Positions 1 to 10,614 are shown, numbered from the stretch's first letter. The stretch: DNA of 64,000 nt from Candidatus Magasanikiibacteriota bacterium (GCA_016182085.1 JACOYB010000005.1:66061-130060); one strand, 5' to 3'. Made by a program: numbers and translations. Notes: generated from the letters alone by a model not told the origin.

Positions 1-95
1 TGGGGGCTACTTGACCCAGAAGCAGCATGTGCGTTCCCGTAGGTTCGGCAGAAAAATTGTAAATAAATTCTTTGTCCACAATATTTTAATTTAAA

Positions 96-1976
96 TTATT
101 TATAATCAAAATAGTTCTTATCTCCGGTTGTGCTAAAATTATCCCGGTTATGCCAAAAATAATTCCAGGCGCATGCCGGTTTGCGCTCACAGACATCTAT
201 TATCCTAAACAGGTTGGCATACCGGAGCATGCTCTGCAAAGCGTATGGAGTTACCAAACAAACTACCACAGCCGATATGGCTAAAAATTTATATAAAGCG
301 CCGGGTTTAATATATATATTATAAATTCCATAGGCGGCCAGCGGCACAAAAAACCAAGCGGAGATATATACGGTCCTGCCAATAAACAATGGCCAAGCGT
401 AATACGACATACTGGAAGGTATTACCGCCAGCAAATAAATCTTTATGTTTGAATGTAAATTATGCCAATTTTTGATTATAAAAAATAACCCAAGCAAAAC
501 AAAAACCCACAATATATTATAGGTAGTGGCGTGAACTCCGACCCATTTAAACAACGTGTAATTTGAGGGCGCAAAAATCCGCCAATTTTCTATAAACCAC
601 TGGGCGGAATTATAATCCACATCCTTGCCCCGAGCCGCGTTTATAAGAATTGTAAAAAATGGCAGAAAAGAAAAGTAAACAAAATTTAATATTTTATTTT
701 TCCATGAATCTTTGTTAATTAAGAAAAGAATACCGACAAATAAGGCGCCCATACAACCGCTCTCTTTAGTTAGCACGCCAAAGCTTACCGCCACCCCGCC
801 TAACAAAAGCCATTTGATTTTCTTATTTTCCCACCAAAGCCAGCCGGCATAAATAGTAAGCAAAAACCAAAAATAACCGCCAATATCCTGCACTTGCGTT
901 AAAGAATAACGTATCATGGGATAGCCGGTCATAATAATGAGCGCGGATACCAAGCCTGTGAATTTACTTTTAAATACCCTTCGGATCAGGTCGTAGGTAA
1001 CAAACACCAAACCAAAGTAAAAAATAATATTAGTCGCTATCAGGCTATCTTCCACAGATAAAAATCTAAATATAGTTGCTCCGATTACGGCATAAAAAGG
1101 ATTGAGGTACCTATTTGGATGCGCTACCACTGAATCAGGGAAACTTCCTCTAAAATATTCCATTAGCCACAAAAAACTATCTGTATCGTTATTTGGGTGA
1201 AAACCAAATAACGCTTTAAATATTAATAAATTTAAGATCGCCGCGACTCCCAAAATGATTCCTATCTTATGCTTATGTATGAACTTAAAGATTCTTGGCG
1301 CGCGATATTCTAAAAATACTTTCAGCGCCACCAAAGCGTCCCGCCAGCCAATTTTTTTACCTTCTTCTTTTGTGCGTGGATAATAATTAATTGGTATCTC
1401 AGCTATTTTTATGCCTCTTAACGCAGACAGGGCTGTAACTTCTGGACAGAATTCAAACCGCTTACAGGCCAAAGGCAAACTTCTTAAAAAGTCAGTTTTA
1501 AACATTTTATAGCAGGTTGGCTCGTCAGTAAGTTTTTGACCATATAGAATATTAGCGACCCAAGTCAAAAAAACACCCCCCAGATAATAAGATATCCCCG
1601 CGTACTTCTTATTCTCTTTATTCAGCCGACGAGATCCGTATAATACTTCCAAATTATGTTCGCGGATATATAAAAACATCTTTACCAGATCTTGCGGATC
1701 GTATTCTAAATCCGCATCTTGGATTACCGCATATTCTCCCGTAGCTTCGGCTAGTCCCGTGCGAATAGCCGCGCCCTTACCGTTATTTTTTTCGTGATAC
1801 AAAATCTTATACTTATTTTCATTTTGCATTGAGCGCAATATTTCTCGGGTACCATCCGTTGAACAGTCGTCAACTATAATAACTTCTTTAACAATATCTA
1901 AATGCGCCACTTTTTCTAGAAGCGGCAAAATTGTATTTTTTTCATTATAAACTGGAATGATAATGGTTAACTTCAT
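96..1976 (-). CDS. GT2 family glycosyltransferase (polyprenol-phosphate sugar transferase-like) fused to a C-terminal polytopic membrane domain
   Basis: N-terminus IIIPVYNE...IVDDCSTDGT...QDADLEYDP is a typical GT2 DXD-type catalytic domain. The C-terminal ~400 aa is W/F-rich with many predicted TM helices. 626 aa ORF. Confidence 0.8.
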   Translation of the reverse strand: MKLTIIIPVYNEKNTILPLLEKVAHLDIVKEVIIVDDCSTDGTREILRSMQNENKYKILYHEKNNGKGAAIRTGLAEATGEYAVIQDADLEYDPQDLVKMFLYIREHNLEVLYGSRRLNKENKKYAGISYYLGGVFLTWVANILYGQKLTDEPTCYKMFKTDFLRSLPLACKRFEFCPEVTALSALRGIKIAEIPINYYPRTKEEGKKIGWRDALVALKVFLEYRAPRIFKFIHKHKIGIILGVAAILNLLIFKALFGFHPNNDTDSFLWLMEYFRGSFPDSVVAHPNRYLNPFYAVIGATIFRFLSVEDSLIATNIIFYFGLVFVTYDLIRRVFKSKFTGLVSALIIMTGYPMIRYSLTQVQDIGGYFWFLLTIYAGWLWWENKKIKWLLLGGVAVSFGVLTKESGCMGALFVGILFLINKDSWKNKILNFVYFSFLPFFTILINAARGKDVDYNSAQWFIENWRIFAPSNYTLFKWVGVHATTYNILWVFVLLGLFFIIKNWHNLHSNIKIYLLAVIPSSMSYYAWPLFIGRTVYISAWFFVPLAAYGIYNIYIKPGALYKFLAISAVVVCLVTPYALQSMLRYANLFRIIDVCERKPACAWNYFWHNRDNFSTTGDKNYFDYK

Positions 1977-3148
1977 ACATCCGTAAGAGTTTTATAAAGA
2001 TTGCTGATTTTCTCTGCATAATTTTGGGAATTAAACCTTTGCATTTCAGTCTGGCAAGCCAATTTTAAGCTAGCATAGGACGTCTGATTATCTAAAGTCA
2101 TAAACGCGTCAGCCAGCGCTACCGGATGCGCTGGCGGCACAAGCAAGCCAGCCTTGCCCACTACCTCGGGGATCGCGCCCGAAAAAGTAGAAATAACTGG
2201 CGTGCCGGCAGAAATGGACTCAGCTAACACAAAACCAAACTGCTCTTGCCAAGTAAAAGTACTGAGACTTGCCAAAATTAATACTTTGACAAACTTATAC
2301 AAACTACGAACCTTATCATTCGGTAAATATTCAATAAATTTTACACTTGCTCCTAATCCCATTTCACCAGATAGTCTGACCAGATTTTTTTGCTCCGGGC
2401 CCTTGCCGATCAAAACTAAAACTGCATTATTTTTTTTAGATTTTTTTAAATACATTCTCCAGGCATACAAAATATCGTATACGCCTTTTTCTCTTACCAT
2501 TCTATTTACGACTAAATATATTTCTCTTTCGGCTAAACCCAGCTCTTTCACAATATTTTCTTGATTTTTTTCATCCGGCCGCACTATAGCCGGGGTAACA
2601 ACTTGCATCTTTGATTCTGGCACGCCTAAATCGGATAACAACCCCGCTGAATACGCGGTAACCGGCAAAAACATATCTACGCCGGAAATATTTTCTTTGA
2701 TAATTTCATTAACTTTTTTTCGCCAATACGCCGGAGACATTTTTAATTTTGGCCAATAATTATATTCAAAACGGCCAAAGCTGTTATCCCAGACCGTAGT
2801 CACAACTTTCAATTTTTTATTTAACGATTTAGCTCTCACCGCTTGAGTGGTGTAAAAATAATACACTTCGGCGGTGTGGGCGATATCATAATTAGCTAAT
2901 AATTTTTCCAGCCCGCCCATTTTTTGAAAAATTCCAAAATAATATTTATAGAAATTATGAATAAAAATATTATCCGTAGTTGTCGGTAATTTGATGACCG
3001 GAAAGCGCAGATTAGAAGTGCTGTATAGATTTTTTTGACTGCAAACACCGGTTACCGCAAAAGTATCGGTCAAACTATGCCACAGAGATCCTTCCCATTC
3101 GCTGAGGCTATCTCCACGCACCAGAGCTGCTTTTTTTTGAGTATTCAT
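1973..3148 (-). CDS. GT4 (group 1) glycosyltransferase
   Basis: C-terminal EQFGFVLAESISAGTPVISTFSGAIPEVV matches the GT4 E-X7-E donor-binding motif. 4-nt overlap with the upstream gene. Confidence 0.8.
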   Translation of the reverse strand: MNTQKKAALVRGDSLSEWEGSLWHSLTDTFAVTGVCSQKNLYSTSNLRFPVIKLPTTTDNIFIHNFYKYYFGIFQKMGGLEKLLANYDIAHTAEVYYFYTTQAVRAKSLNKKLKVVTTVWDNSFGRFEYNYWPKLKMSPAYWRKKVNEIIKENISGVDMFLPVTAYSAGLLSDLGVPESKMQVVTPAIVRPDEKNQENIVKELGLAEREIYLVVNRMVREKGVYDILYAWRMYLKKSKKNNAVLVLIGKGPEQKNLVRLSGEMGLGASVKFIEYLPNDKVRSLYKFVKVLILASLSTFTWQEQFGFVLAESISAGTPVISTFSGAIPEVVGKAGLLVPPAHPVALADAFMTLDNQTSYASLKLACQTEMQRFNSQNYAEKISNLYKTLTDV

Positions 3149-3167
3149 AAAATCTATCTCCCGCCTA

Positions 3168-3980
3168 TTAATACTGATTCTTTTTTAAAGAGTTGATACG
3201 TTTCGCTAATTTATATTGATATACAGCTATTTGCATGCTAATTATAAAACCATACCAGCCGTCTTTCCATGTATTCTTTAAGGACCCCAGCAAGTAATAA
3301 ACAAAATTAAAATAAGAATAAAAAACTGGATGATTTAGATAGCGCTTATACCAATCTTGGAAATCAGCCGGGATAAGATCGGCGTTAAACTTTTCTAAAT
3401 TAGAAAGCCCCTTTGAAAAATAAGCGGCATCGCGATCAATCCGATTTCTAAGCTGGCCGGAAAACCTGCCCCAAGCCACCTTACTTTGCTTGGGCTGGTG
3501 TTCTAAGATACAATCTACTTTTTGAGTTTTACCGACTGTATGTATAGAAAAATTATGGAGCCCGATCATCCAAGCCTTTGATCGGTTAAATAAGCAGGGG
3601 CGATAGTTAGAGGCGGTTACATACCGCTCGCCATCCCACAAAGGCCACTTAAAGGCGTAGGCTCCCAAAGTTCGGTCTAATGTATCATGTTGTAAAAAAT
3701 TTTTCAATTTGTCCGATAAGAACTCATCCGCATCAATCATAAAGACCCAATCATTTTGCGCCTGTTCTAAGATAAAAATACGATGCGGATCACTGCCGCC
3801 TTGCCTGGTACGAACATGCACTTTATCCGTAAATTCACGGGCAATCTCGAGAGTTTTGTCCGCACATTCTCCATCATGAACTAAAATAATTTCATCAGCT
3901 ACATCTTTGATGCTTTCCAAACATCGCCTAATCAAATTCTGCTCATTATAAACTACTAACCCAAAAGAAATTTTTGTCAT
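3168..3980 (-). CDS. GT2 family glycosyltransferase
   Basis: ISFGLVVYNEQNLIRRCLESI...ILVHDGECADKT plus a DADE motif. Start trimmed to the internal Met (MTKISFG) so it does not run through the upstream gene. Confidence 0.75.
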   Translation of the reverse strand: MTKISFGLVVYNEQNLIRRCLESIKDVADEIILVHDGECADKTLEIAREFTDKVHVRTRQGGSDPHRIFILEQAQNDWVFMIDADEFLSDKLKNFLQHDTLDRTLGAYAFKWPLWDGERYVTASNYRPCLFNRSKAWMIGLHNFSIHTVGKTQKVDCILEHQPKQSKVAWGRFSGQLRNRIDRDAAYFSKGLSNLEKFNADLIPADFQDWYKRYLNHPVFYSYFNFVYYLLGSLKNTWKDGWYGFIISMQIAVYQYKLAKRINSLKKNQY

Positions 3981-3985
3981 AAAAA

Positions 3986-5311
3986 CTATGGAACTTGTTT
4001 TTTTAATTTTACAAACCCCCGAGATATTAATGAGTCGAGTACGCGCCAATACCAGTATAAGACCTTTCTTCTAAGCTCTGATGAAATATTTTGTGAATGC
4101 GAAAAATCTAACCGGCTTAATTTCTGATATTGCTTGCCATACTCCAAAAGCATCTCAGCTGAAGGAAAAATTTGTTTTAACACTTCGGAGCTCGGTACTA
4201 TACCAGCTAATTGCTCATAAGCTAATTCATATTGTCTAATGCCTACTGGTAAGCCAAAACTTTTTTCCACCTTTTCTCGGCCAGCCTTACCAAAGGCTTC
4301 CACATGCTGCGGCTTACCCGCTAAATCTGCGATCGCTGCAGTTAGACCGCCCACACTATGAACAACCCAGCCAGTTTTACCATTTTCAACTTGCTCTAGC
4401 TGTCCATTATCCCAGTGAGGCGTATTTTCAACCACGATGGGTAAAGACCAAACCATGGCTTCATTCAAGCTATTTCCAAAAGCTTCGCCGCGACGCGAGG
4501 TATGAATGTATATATCAAGCATCTGATACGTTTCGGCAATTTCTTGCTCCAATGATGATTCTGGCAATACGATTACCCTGCCATCAAAAAAATGATGCTT
4601 TTTTAACCAATTCAAACGAGAAGCGGGTATGGTACGAAACAAAATTTTAATTTTATTATTTATTTTAAATATATCCGGCAAAGCGGATAAAACTAAATCG
4701 CCCCATTTAACCGGATCATTGCGTCCGATACGCCCCAGCAGTATTTCATCTGATTTTACGCCCACAGCCTCGCGCAATGCTTGCCGACGTTCCGGTGAAA
4801 TCTGAAACTGCTGGAAATAACTTATCGTAACCGGATTATATATCACGCGCTGCTTAAGACATTTGTTTTGTTCGGCTTGTTTACCTTGCCAAATTCGCTC
4901 ACTCACCATCATCATGCTTTTAAAAATTTGTAAATCAAACTTTGGGCCAAGATTTGGATCAGAAAAAGCAAATACATTGGTTTCCATAAGTTTTTTTGGA
5001 CGCAAATAATCAGTCGCGGCTTGATGCAGCTGCTCAAATTGGCCGCTGCGATGGAAATGTAAAATATCAATATCCGGATTTGGCATTAACTCTTTTATTT
5101 TCTCCAGAGTTCCATTTCCAATTAAAATCCGCACGCCTTTTTCTTCCAATAATTTAACTCTGGACCCGCCTCGCTCCAAACAAAGCACCGTTACATCAAA
5201 TTTTGATTTATCTAAATACAAAGCCAGAGTCTGCACTGTTCTTTCGGCGCCGCCAATATCAAAGATATTTGTCGCGATAACTATTTTAATTTTATTGCTT
5301 GTCATAGGCAA
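3986..5311 (-). CDS. GT4 (group 1) glycosyltransferase
   Basis: GEAFGNSLNEAMVWSLPIVVENTPHWDNGQLEQVENGKTGWV is a GT4 C-terminal Rossmann motif. 441 aa. Confidence 0.8.
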   Translation of the reverse strand: MPMTSNKIKIVIATNIFDIGGAERTVQTLALYLDKSKFDVTVLCLERGGSRVKLLEEKGVRILIGNGTLEKIKELMPNPDIDILHFHRSGQFEQLHQAATDYLRPKKLMETNVFAFSDPNLGPKFDLQIFKSMMMVSERIWQGKQAEQNKCLKQRVIYNPVTISYFQQFQISPERRQALREAVGVKSDEILLGRIGRNDPVKWGDLVLSALPDIFKINNKIKILFRTIPASRLNWLKKHHFFDGRVIVLPESSLEQEIAETYQMLDIYIHTSRRGEAFGNSLNEAMVWSLPIVVENTPHWDNGQLEQVENGKTGWVVHSVGGLTAAIADLAGKPQHVEAFGKAGREKVEKSFGLPVGIRQYELAYEQLAGIVPSSEVLKQIFPSAEMLLEYGKQYQKLSRLDFSHSQNISSELRRKVLYWYWRVLDSLISRGFVKLKKQVP

Positions 5312-7220
5312 AAAAAGTCTGCAGCCATTGTTTTAAGAGCAGTAAACACCATAAATGATTGCTGTAATCTGCCCGTCCTTTTTTATGGTCTTCCAAAAGT
5401 TTTATAATACAATTTTTATTAAAATATTTATACAGTAAACTATCCGAAACAATCAAACTATCATAGACATAACTGTATAGTTCATTCCGCATCCAAGATC
5501 CGATCGGGATGCCAAAACCAATTTTACGCCGAGCGATGATTTCAGTTGGAATTTTATCTTTTACTATCTCTTTCCAAATCCACTTTACTTGTCCGTTTCT
5601 AACTTTATATTGCTCGGGCAAACTCAAAGCCAATTCTACCAGCCGATGATCTAAAAATGGCGCGCGATTTTCCAAAGCGGAAATCATGCTGGCAAAATCA
5701 ACTTTTAACAAATAATTATCCCCCAGCCTGCCAACGATATCGGCAAGCATCGCTTTATTCATTGTGCCGTAATGCGAAACCCTGCCTTCTCCCCACCACT
5801 GGCGCATTAATTTTTCAGACAAATCAAAATCAATCTGTTCTTTGAGCTCATCAGAATATAAATCGTCTTTGGTCAAATAAAAATGGCTTTGTTTTAATTC
5901 TTTTTTCCAAATTGCGTAATAATCAACATAGGCTTGCTCTAAACTATGGCTCAAGACCTCGGCGCGATAAAATAATTTTTGCAACGATAGTTGGCCGGTA
6001 GCCGCCAGCAACTTTGCGGCTTGTGGAATAATTTTTTTATAAACCACGCCTGGCAAACTTTGATAATTCTTTAAATTTCTTAGAAAAGAATGGTTTGGAT
6101 AACCGCCAAAACATTCATCGGCGCCATCTCCGGTCAAAACCACGGTAACATGCTTTTTTGTTTCCTTGGCCATAATCATCGTTGGCAAGGCGGCATTATC
6201 AAAAAATGGCTCCTCAAATTGATGCACGAGCGCTGGCAAATTTTCTACAACATTTGGCTCAATAATAATTTCCGTATGATCTGTCTTAAATCGATCTGCG
6301 ACAAGTTTTGCAAAAGACAGCTCGCTTTGAGCCTGGTCTTTAAGACCAACTGAGAAAGTTTTTATACTGCTTGTAGATACTTCCGCCATCGCGGCCACAA
6401 CCGAACTTGAATCTAAACCGCCGCTTAAAAAAGCGCCTACCGGCACGTCGCTAATCATTCTGCCTTTAATTGAATCTTTAAATATATCCCAAATATCTTT
6501 TTTCCATTCTTCCAGCGACTTATTTTTATTTTCTTTGGCATAATCAAAAGCTTGCCAGTATGGAGTAACAGAAATATTTCCTTGTCGCCAAATTAAATAA
6601 TGGCCGGCTGGCAATTTTTTAATATGTTTAAATCCGGTCTGGGGCGCTGGCACAAACCGATAGGTCATGGCCAAATCTACCGCCTGCCAATCTGGTTCTC
6701 TGGCCACGCTTGGGTCTATTAAAATTGATTTTAGTTCGGAGGCAAAAATAAATTTCTCTTGATCTGCATAATACTTAAATGGTTTTTCACCCAATCTATC
6801 CCTGGCTGCAAATAAAGTTTGTTCTTGATTATCCCAAATCGCAAACGCAAACATGCCGTTTAACTTATCCAAACATTTTTCTTTCCACTGAATATATGCG
6901 TTTAATAACACCTCTGTATCGCTTTGCGTGTTAAAACTCCAACCCAAGCCGATCAGCTCATTCTTAATTTGTTCGTAATTATAAATTTCACCATTAAAGG
7001 TAATGATAAAACGGCTATCCCGGCTCAGTTTGGGCTGATGACCGCCTGGCGACAAATCAATAATCGCCAAACGACGATGTCCCAAAGCCACAGTCTCTGA
7101 TTGGTTCATCCAGGTGCCATCGCTTTCTGGACCGCGATGCCGCACCGCCAAAAGCATCTTGGCAAAAAGATTTTTATCAATTTTTTGTTTGTTTTGAATA
7201 ACACCGACAATACCGCACAT
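5292..7220 (-). CDS. asnB: Asparagine synthetase (glutamine-hydrolysing) family amidotransferase
   Basis: MCGIVGV N-terminal nucleophile Cys. SGGLDSS PP-loop ATP pyrophosphatase motif. Start set so Cys is residue 2. Confidence 0.9.
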   Translation of the reverse strand: MCGIVGVIQNKQKIDKNLFAKMLLAVRHRGPESDGTWMNQSETVALGHRRLAIIDLSPGGHQPKLSRDSRFIITFNGEIYNYEQIKNELIGLGWSFNTQSDTEVLLNAYIQWKEKCLDKLNGMFAFAIWDNQEQTLFAARDRLGEKPFKYYADQEKFIFASELKSILIDPSVAREPDWQAVDLAMTYRFVPAPQTGFKHIKKLPAGHYLIWRQGNISVTPYWQAFDYAKENKNKSLEEWKKDIWDIFKDSIKGRMISDVPVGAFLSGGLDSSSVVAAMAEVSTSSIKTFSVGLKDQAQSELSFAKLVADRFKTDHTEIIIEPNVVENLPALVHQFEEPFFDNAALPTMIMAKETKKHVTVVLTGDGADECFGGYPNHSFLRNLKNYQSLPGVVYKKIIPQAAKLLAATGQLSLQKLFYRAEVLSHSLEQAYVDYYAIWKKELKQSHFYLTKDDLYSDELKEQIDFDLSEKLMRQWWGEGRVSHYGTMNKAMLADIVGRLGDNYLLKVDFASMISALENRAPFLDHRLVELALSLPEQYKVRNGQVKWIWKEIVKDKIPTEIIARRKIGFGIPIGSWMRNELYSYVYDSLIVSDSLLYKYFNKNCIIKLLEDHKKGRADYSNHLWCLLLLKQWLQTFFAYDKQ

Positions 7221-7345
7221 AAACAATATTTAGAAATTGTTATAAATAAATACTTCCGAAGAGCCTTTGGACAAGACAAGCAAAGCCCCAAGCATTATAG
7301 CGAGCAGCATGCCAAATAATATATTTTTTGCCATGTCCTTAGAAA

Positions 7346-8062
7346 TCATAATTCGCTTGATTCTCCGGCGGTTACGGGCACCGACAGGCCGCTTAAATAT
7401 TTCGCTTTATCGGATATTAAAAATAATACTACTTCGGCAACTTCTTCGGGCGCTACCAAATGTTTCATTGGATTTTTTTCAACCAAAAAATCATCCATAC
7501 GGCCCGGAATATCTTTATTAAGCTTTGTTCTCATAAAACCCGGAGCAACCGCATGTACGCGCACGCCATGAACGAGAAGCTCGTGGTTCATTTGTCGCAA
7601 CACGCCCCGCAAAGCATATTTAGCCGCGACATATCCGCCCATTTTACCAGATGTGTAATTTGGCTCAGTTACGGCTGAGGTAACTCCGATAACCGCGCCA
7701 TGTTTTTGATTTTTCATAACTTGGCCAATTTCTTTCAGCACATTAAAGCCGCCAAAAACCAACGTCTCAAAATCTTCCCGGAATTCTTCGGCGGATAAAT
7801 CCAGCATATGTTGGCGCTTGATTTCCGAGGTAGCAGTGTAAATACAGGCATCAATATTGTTAAACTTTTCAATAATTTGTCTTATGGCTTCTTGTACTTG
7901 CGCCATGTCTCTAATATCACACTTAAAAAATACATATTCTGAATTGGCATCAAAACTTCTGGATATAATCGCTACCGCGTATCCTTGCCCGGCTAATTTT
8001 TTTGCCACAGCCTTGCCGACATCGCCATATCCGCAAACTATAGCTACTTTAGGATTTTTCAT
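7346..8062 (-). CDS. Short-chain dehydrogenase/reductase (3-oxoacyl-ACP reductase-like)
   Basis: N-terminal GxGxxG-like Rossmann segment VAIVCGYGDVGKAVAKKL. SDR YxxxK region (YVAAKYAL). 238 aa. Confidence 0.85.
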   Translation of the reverse strand: MKNPKVAIVCGYGDVGKAVAKKLAGQGYAVAIISRSFDANSEYVFFKCDIRDMAQVQEAIRQIIEKFNNIDACIYTATSEIKRQHMLDLSAEEFREDFETLVFGGFNVLKEIGQVMKNQKHGAVIGVTSAVTEPNYTSGKMGGYVAAKYALRGVLRQMNHELLVHGVRVHAVAPGFMRTKLNKDIPGRMDDFLVEKNPMKHLVAPEEVAEVVLFLISDKAKYLSGLSVPVTAGESSEL

Positions 8063-8066
8063 ATGA

Positions 8067-8486
8067 TTATTTTAATAATTTTACCAGAGCCTTTCCTTCG
8101 ATCATGCGTTCGCCTGTTTCTATATTTTTAATGCTGGTTTCTATTTCTATAGTTTTAAAGGCCTCAACTTTTTGAGTTACCTTGCCCGATACTTCAACCA
8201 TAGTGCCTAAAAAAATTGGTTTTTTAAATTGCAATGTTTGCGATAGGTATAGACAATACTCACCCGGCAAATATACGCCAACAAGTTTTGAAAACAAACA
8301 GCCGCCGATCATACCGTGAGCCACGCGCCCCTTAAATTCAGTAGCGCGAGCATATTCACTATTTGTATGCAATGGGTTTTCATCTCCCGAAAAAGCCGCA
8401 AAGTTGTCTACCACTTCTTCCGTAACTGGAAAAGCAAAGCTGGCTGCATCGCCGATATTAATCTCGTCAAATGTGTACTTATTCAT
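8067..8486 (-). CDS. MaoC-like (R)-specific enoyl/hydroxyacyl dehydratase, hot-dog fold
   Basis: NPLHTNSEYARATEFKGRVAHGM is a MaoC dehydratase signature. 139 aa. Confidence 0.75.
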   Translation of the reverse strand: MNKYTFDEINIGDAASFAFPVTEEVVDNFAAFSGDENPLHTNSEYARATEFKGRVAHGMIGGCLFSKLVGVYLPGEYCLYLSQTLQFKKPIFLGTMVEVSGKVTQKVEAFKTIEIETSIKNIETGERMIEGKALVKLLK

Positions 8487-8715
8487 GGCTTTTGCCTCCT
8501 TTTGATTCTACCAGTTTAGTAGCGTCGCCAAAATTTTTAACCGCCATCGCTTCGTCAAACGTAAATTTAACTCCAAATGCTTTTTCAATTTCCGTAATTA
8601 AAATAATTGCATTAAGCGAATCCCAGGCCGGACAATTATCCGGAGATAGATCATCGTGTATATTTTCTACGGACATGCCCAGCACAGCTGCAAAAACAGT
8701 CTTTAACTTTTCCAT
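8479..8715 (-). CDS. Acyl carrier protein (DltC/ACP-like)
   Basis: 78 aa from the internal Met (MEKLKTVFAAVLG...). WDSLNAI provides a DSL phosphopantetheine-attachment serine. Four-helix ACP length. Overlaps the MaoC start by 8 nt. Confidence 0.75.
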   Translation of the reverse strand: MEKLKTVFAAVLGMSVENIHDDLSPDNCPAWDSLNAIILITEIEKAFGVKFTFDEAMAVKNFGDATKLVESKGGKSHE

Positions 8716-8883
8716 AATTAAAATAGCGTATAAATAAATGGGGCGAGCGGCGATGTCTGCGCAAACACAAGCAAAGTCGCGAACAAGAACAAGATAATTA
8801 TAATTGGCGCTAACCACCACTTTTTTCTTATTTTAAGAAAACTCCACATTTGTTTAAGCAACCTGAGTGTGTCGTTCATATTA

Positions 8884-10614
8884 TTAATTATTAATTATTA
8901 ATTCTATTTGAGTTCCGGCTGTTTCATGATTATTTAAGTACTCGTCAGCAGTTAGCTCGTAATCTACAGCCTCTTCATTGCTTTGTATTATTTTAAAATC
9001 CATGCTGGCATAAAAATCTTTAGCTGGAATATTTTTAGCAGTAGGGATATACTTTGCGGTTATACGTTCTACCCCCTTGGCGTGCAAATCGCGAATAATA
9101 TAATCCAAAAATGTTTTTTCAATTTCTCGGCCCATTACTCTGCAGCTCATTAAAAATGAATCCACCGCGGCAATTTTATCTTTTATTTCCACAATCGCCA
9201 TAATAGTTAATCCGTAATCGCCAAATTTATCTTTGACTGTCCCGCCATAGACCAAACCTTCTTTCATAAAACCTTCAACTGCGGTTTCCGCATACCTGCG
9301 CGTCGTTAAATTGAATTGGTTTGTTTTATTAGTAAGTTGGGCTAGGCGCTCTAACTGGTCTCTACTATTACACCTAATTTGCATAGATATGGCAAGCTGG
9401 GCCATATACTCAGCCGGGCTTTTAGCGGTAGAAATGATATTTTTTCGCGTTAACTCAGCCGCGTACATTTTGCCTTTGGACTTATCTTCTTCGGTTAATC
9501 TAAACTGGCTAAAAATATTAAGTGAAAATAAAGTCTGTATATATTCTTCGGGTGAAATCGTAAAATGCGGCACAATCACGTCTGGCAAACGACTTTTTAC
9601 CAGCTCTCTATTTACCGGATCATCATCAAAGAATACTAAACTATCCATGCCAATATTTAATTCATTGGCTATTTCTATTAAGTTTTGCGCCTTATCATTC
9701 CAATTTATTTTAGTCGCGGCAAAATGTTCTTTTTTTAAAATCATGTATGGATGTCTTTCAAACACCTCATCTACATCTGTCATGTTGTTACGGCTATTAA
9801 TCGCCAAGATCATGCCGCGGTTATAACATTCTAAGAGCGCTCTTTGAAAATTTTGAAAAGCTACGCCCGGATACTCCGGTCCTAGCGCGATACCGTTTAA
9901 ACCAACTTCTCCGACAATGCCGCCCCACAGCGTATTATCCAAATCCACTACAATACATTTTTTTGTTTTTCCGGCCAAAGCATATATATACGGCAGCCAC
10001 TCGTTTGCCACATAAAGCAGGAAATCATTGGTAAACGGCATGTCAAAAGCATAGAGCCCGCGATAATCGCGAGCGTTGCGCTCTCCAAAAAAATGAAGCA
10101 GCCTATTTATATCAAAAATAAATAAATTTTTTTGCTGCTGGGCCAGCTTGTGCAGCTGCGCGTTATATTCTTGTACTTGGCTATAAAAATGACTCTGATT
10201 AAATAAGTTGCCAAACGGTCCCATATATGGCCAGGCTAAAGTACAAAACACAACTGGACCATTTTGTATCTGGCAAAATTCTTGCACGCGCTCTATAATT
10301 TCAGAAAAATGAGAAATATCCTCCGAAAAAGCGGAAGTTATATAATGATTGATATCAAAAAAAATAAAAGTAATGTCGGCCGAATTAGAATGCAGCTGGC
10401 TATCTTTATTATGTAGAAAAAAATTATATTGCTTATATGGTACGCAGTAGAGTTGCGGATAAATATTACTTTCTAAGCAAACACCTACCAATAATTTTTG
10501 CAGCGTAGTATCGGTAAAATTCGTAACAAGATTAATGCGCATGCTAGCCGGGAAATCAGCGGCATTTCTCTGTTTTAGAGTATTGGCCAGTTCAATGTAT
10601 CGTAAAGTTTGCAT
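8884..10614 (-). CDS. FkbH-like protein (HAD-superfamily subfamily IIIC domain plus C-terminal GNAT-like domain)
   Basis: IVVDLDNTLWGGIVGE is the HAD DxDxT motif characteristic of FkbH/HAD-IIIC. 576 aa with an N-terminal SGNH-like region and a C-terminal acyltransferase-like region. It sits next to the ACP and AcpS. Confidence 0.7.
   Translation of the reverse strand: MQTLRYIELANTLKQRNAADFPASMRINLVTNFTDTTLQKLLVGVCLESNIYPQLYCVPYKQYNFFLHNKDSQLHSNSADITFIFFDINHYITSAFSEDISHFSEIIERVQEFCQIQNGPVVFCTLAWPYMGPFGNLFNQSHFYSQVQEYNAQLHKLAQQQKNLFIFDINRLLHFFGERNARDYRGLYAFDMPFTNDFLLYVANEWLPYIYALAGKTKKCIVVDLDNTLWGGIVGEVGLNGIALGPEYPGVAFQNFQRALLECYNRGMILAINSRNNMTDVDEVFERHPYMILKKEHFAATKINWNDKAQNLIEIANELNIGMDSLVFFDDDPVNRELVKSRLPDVIVPHFTISPEEYIQTLFSLNIFSQFRLTEEDKSKGKMYAAELTRKNIISTAKSPAEYMAQLAISMQIRCNSRDQLERLAQLTNKTNQFNLTTRRYAETAVEGFMKEGLVYGGTVKDKFGDYGLTIMAIVEIKDKIAAVDSFLMSCRVMGREIEKTFLDYIIRDLHAKGVERITAKYIPTAKNIPAKDFYASMDFKIIQSNEEAVDYELTADEYLNNHETAGTQIELIINN

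Noticed and set aside
2154-2564. Antisense ORFs inside strong CDSs, for example 2154-2564, 9311-9826, 24325-24561, 29451-29765, 34653-35183, 42174-42533, 48208-48708, 54722-55132, 60045-60500
   Set aside because: Each lies wholly inside, and antisense to, a well-supported protein-coding gene with recognisable motifs. None has motifs or start signals of its own.
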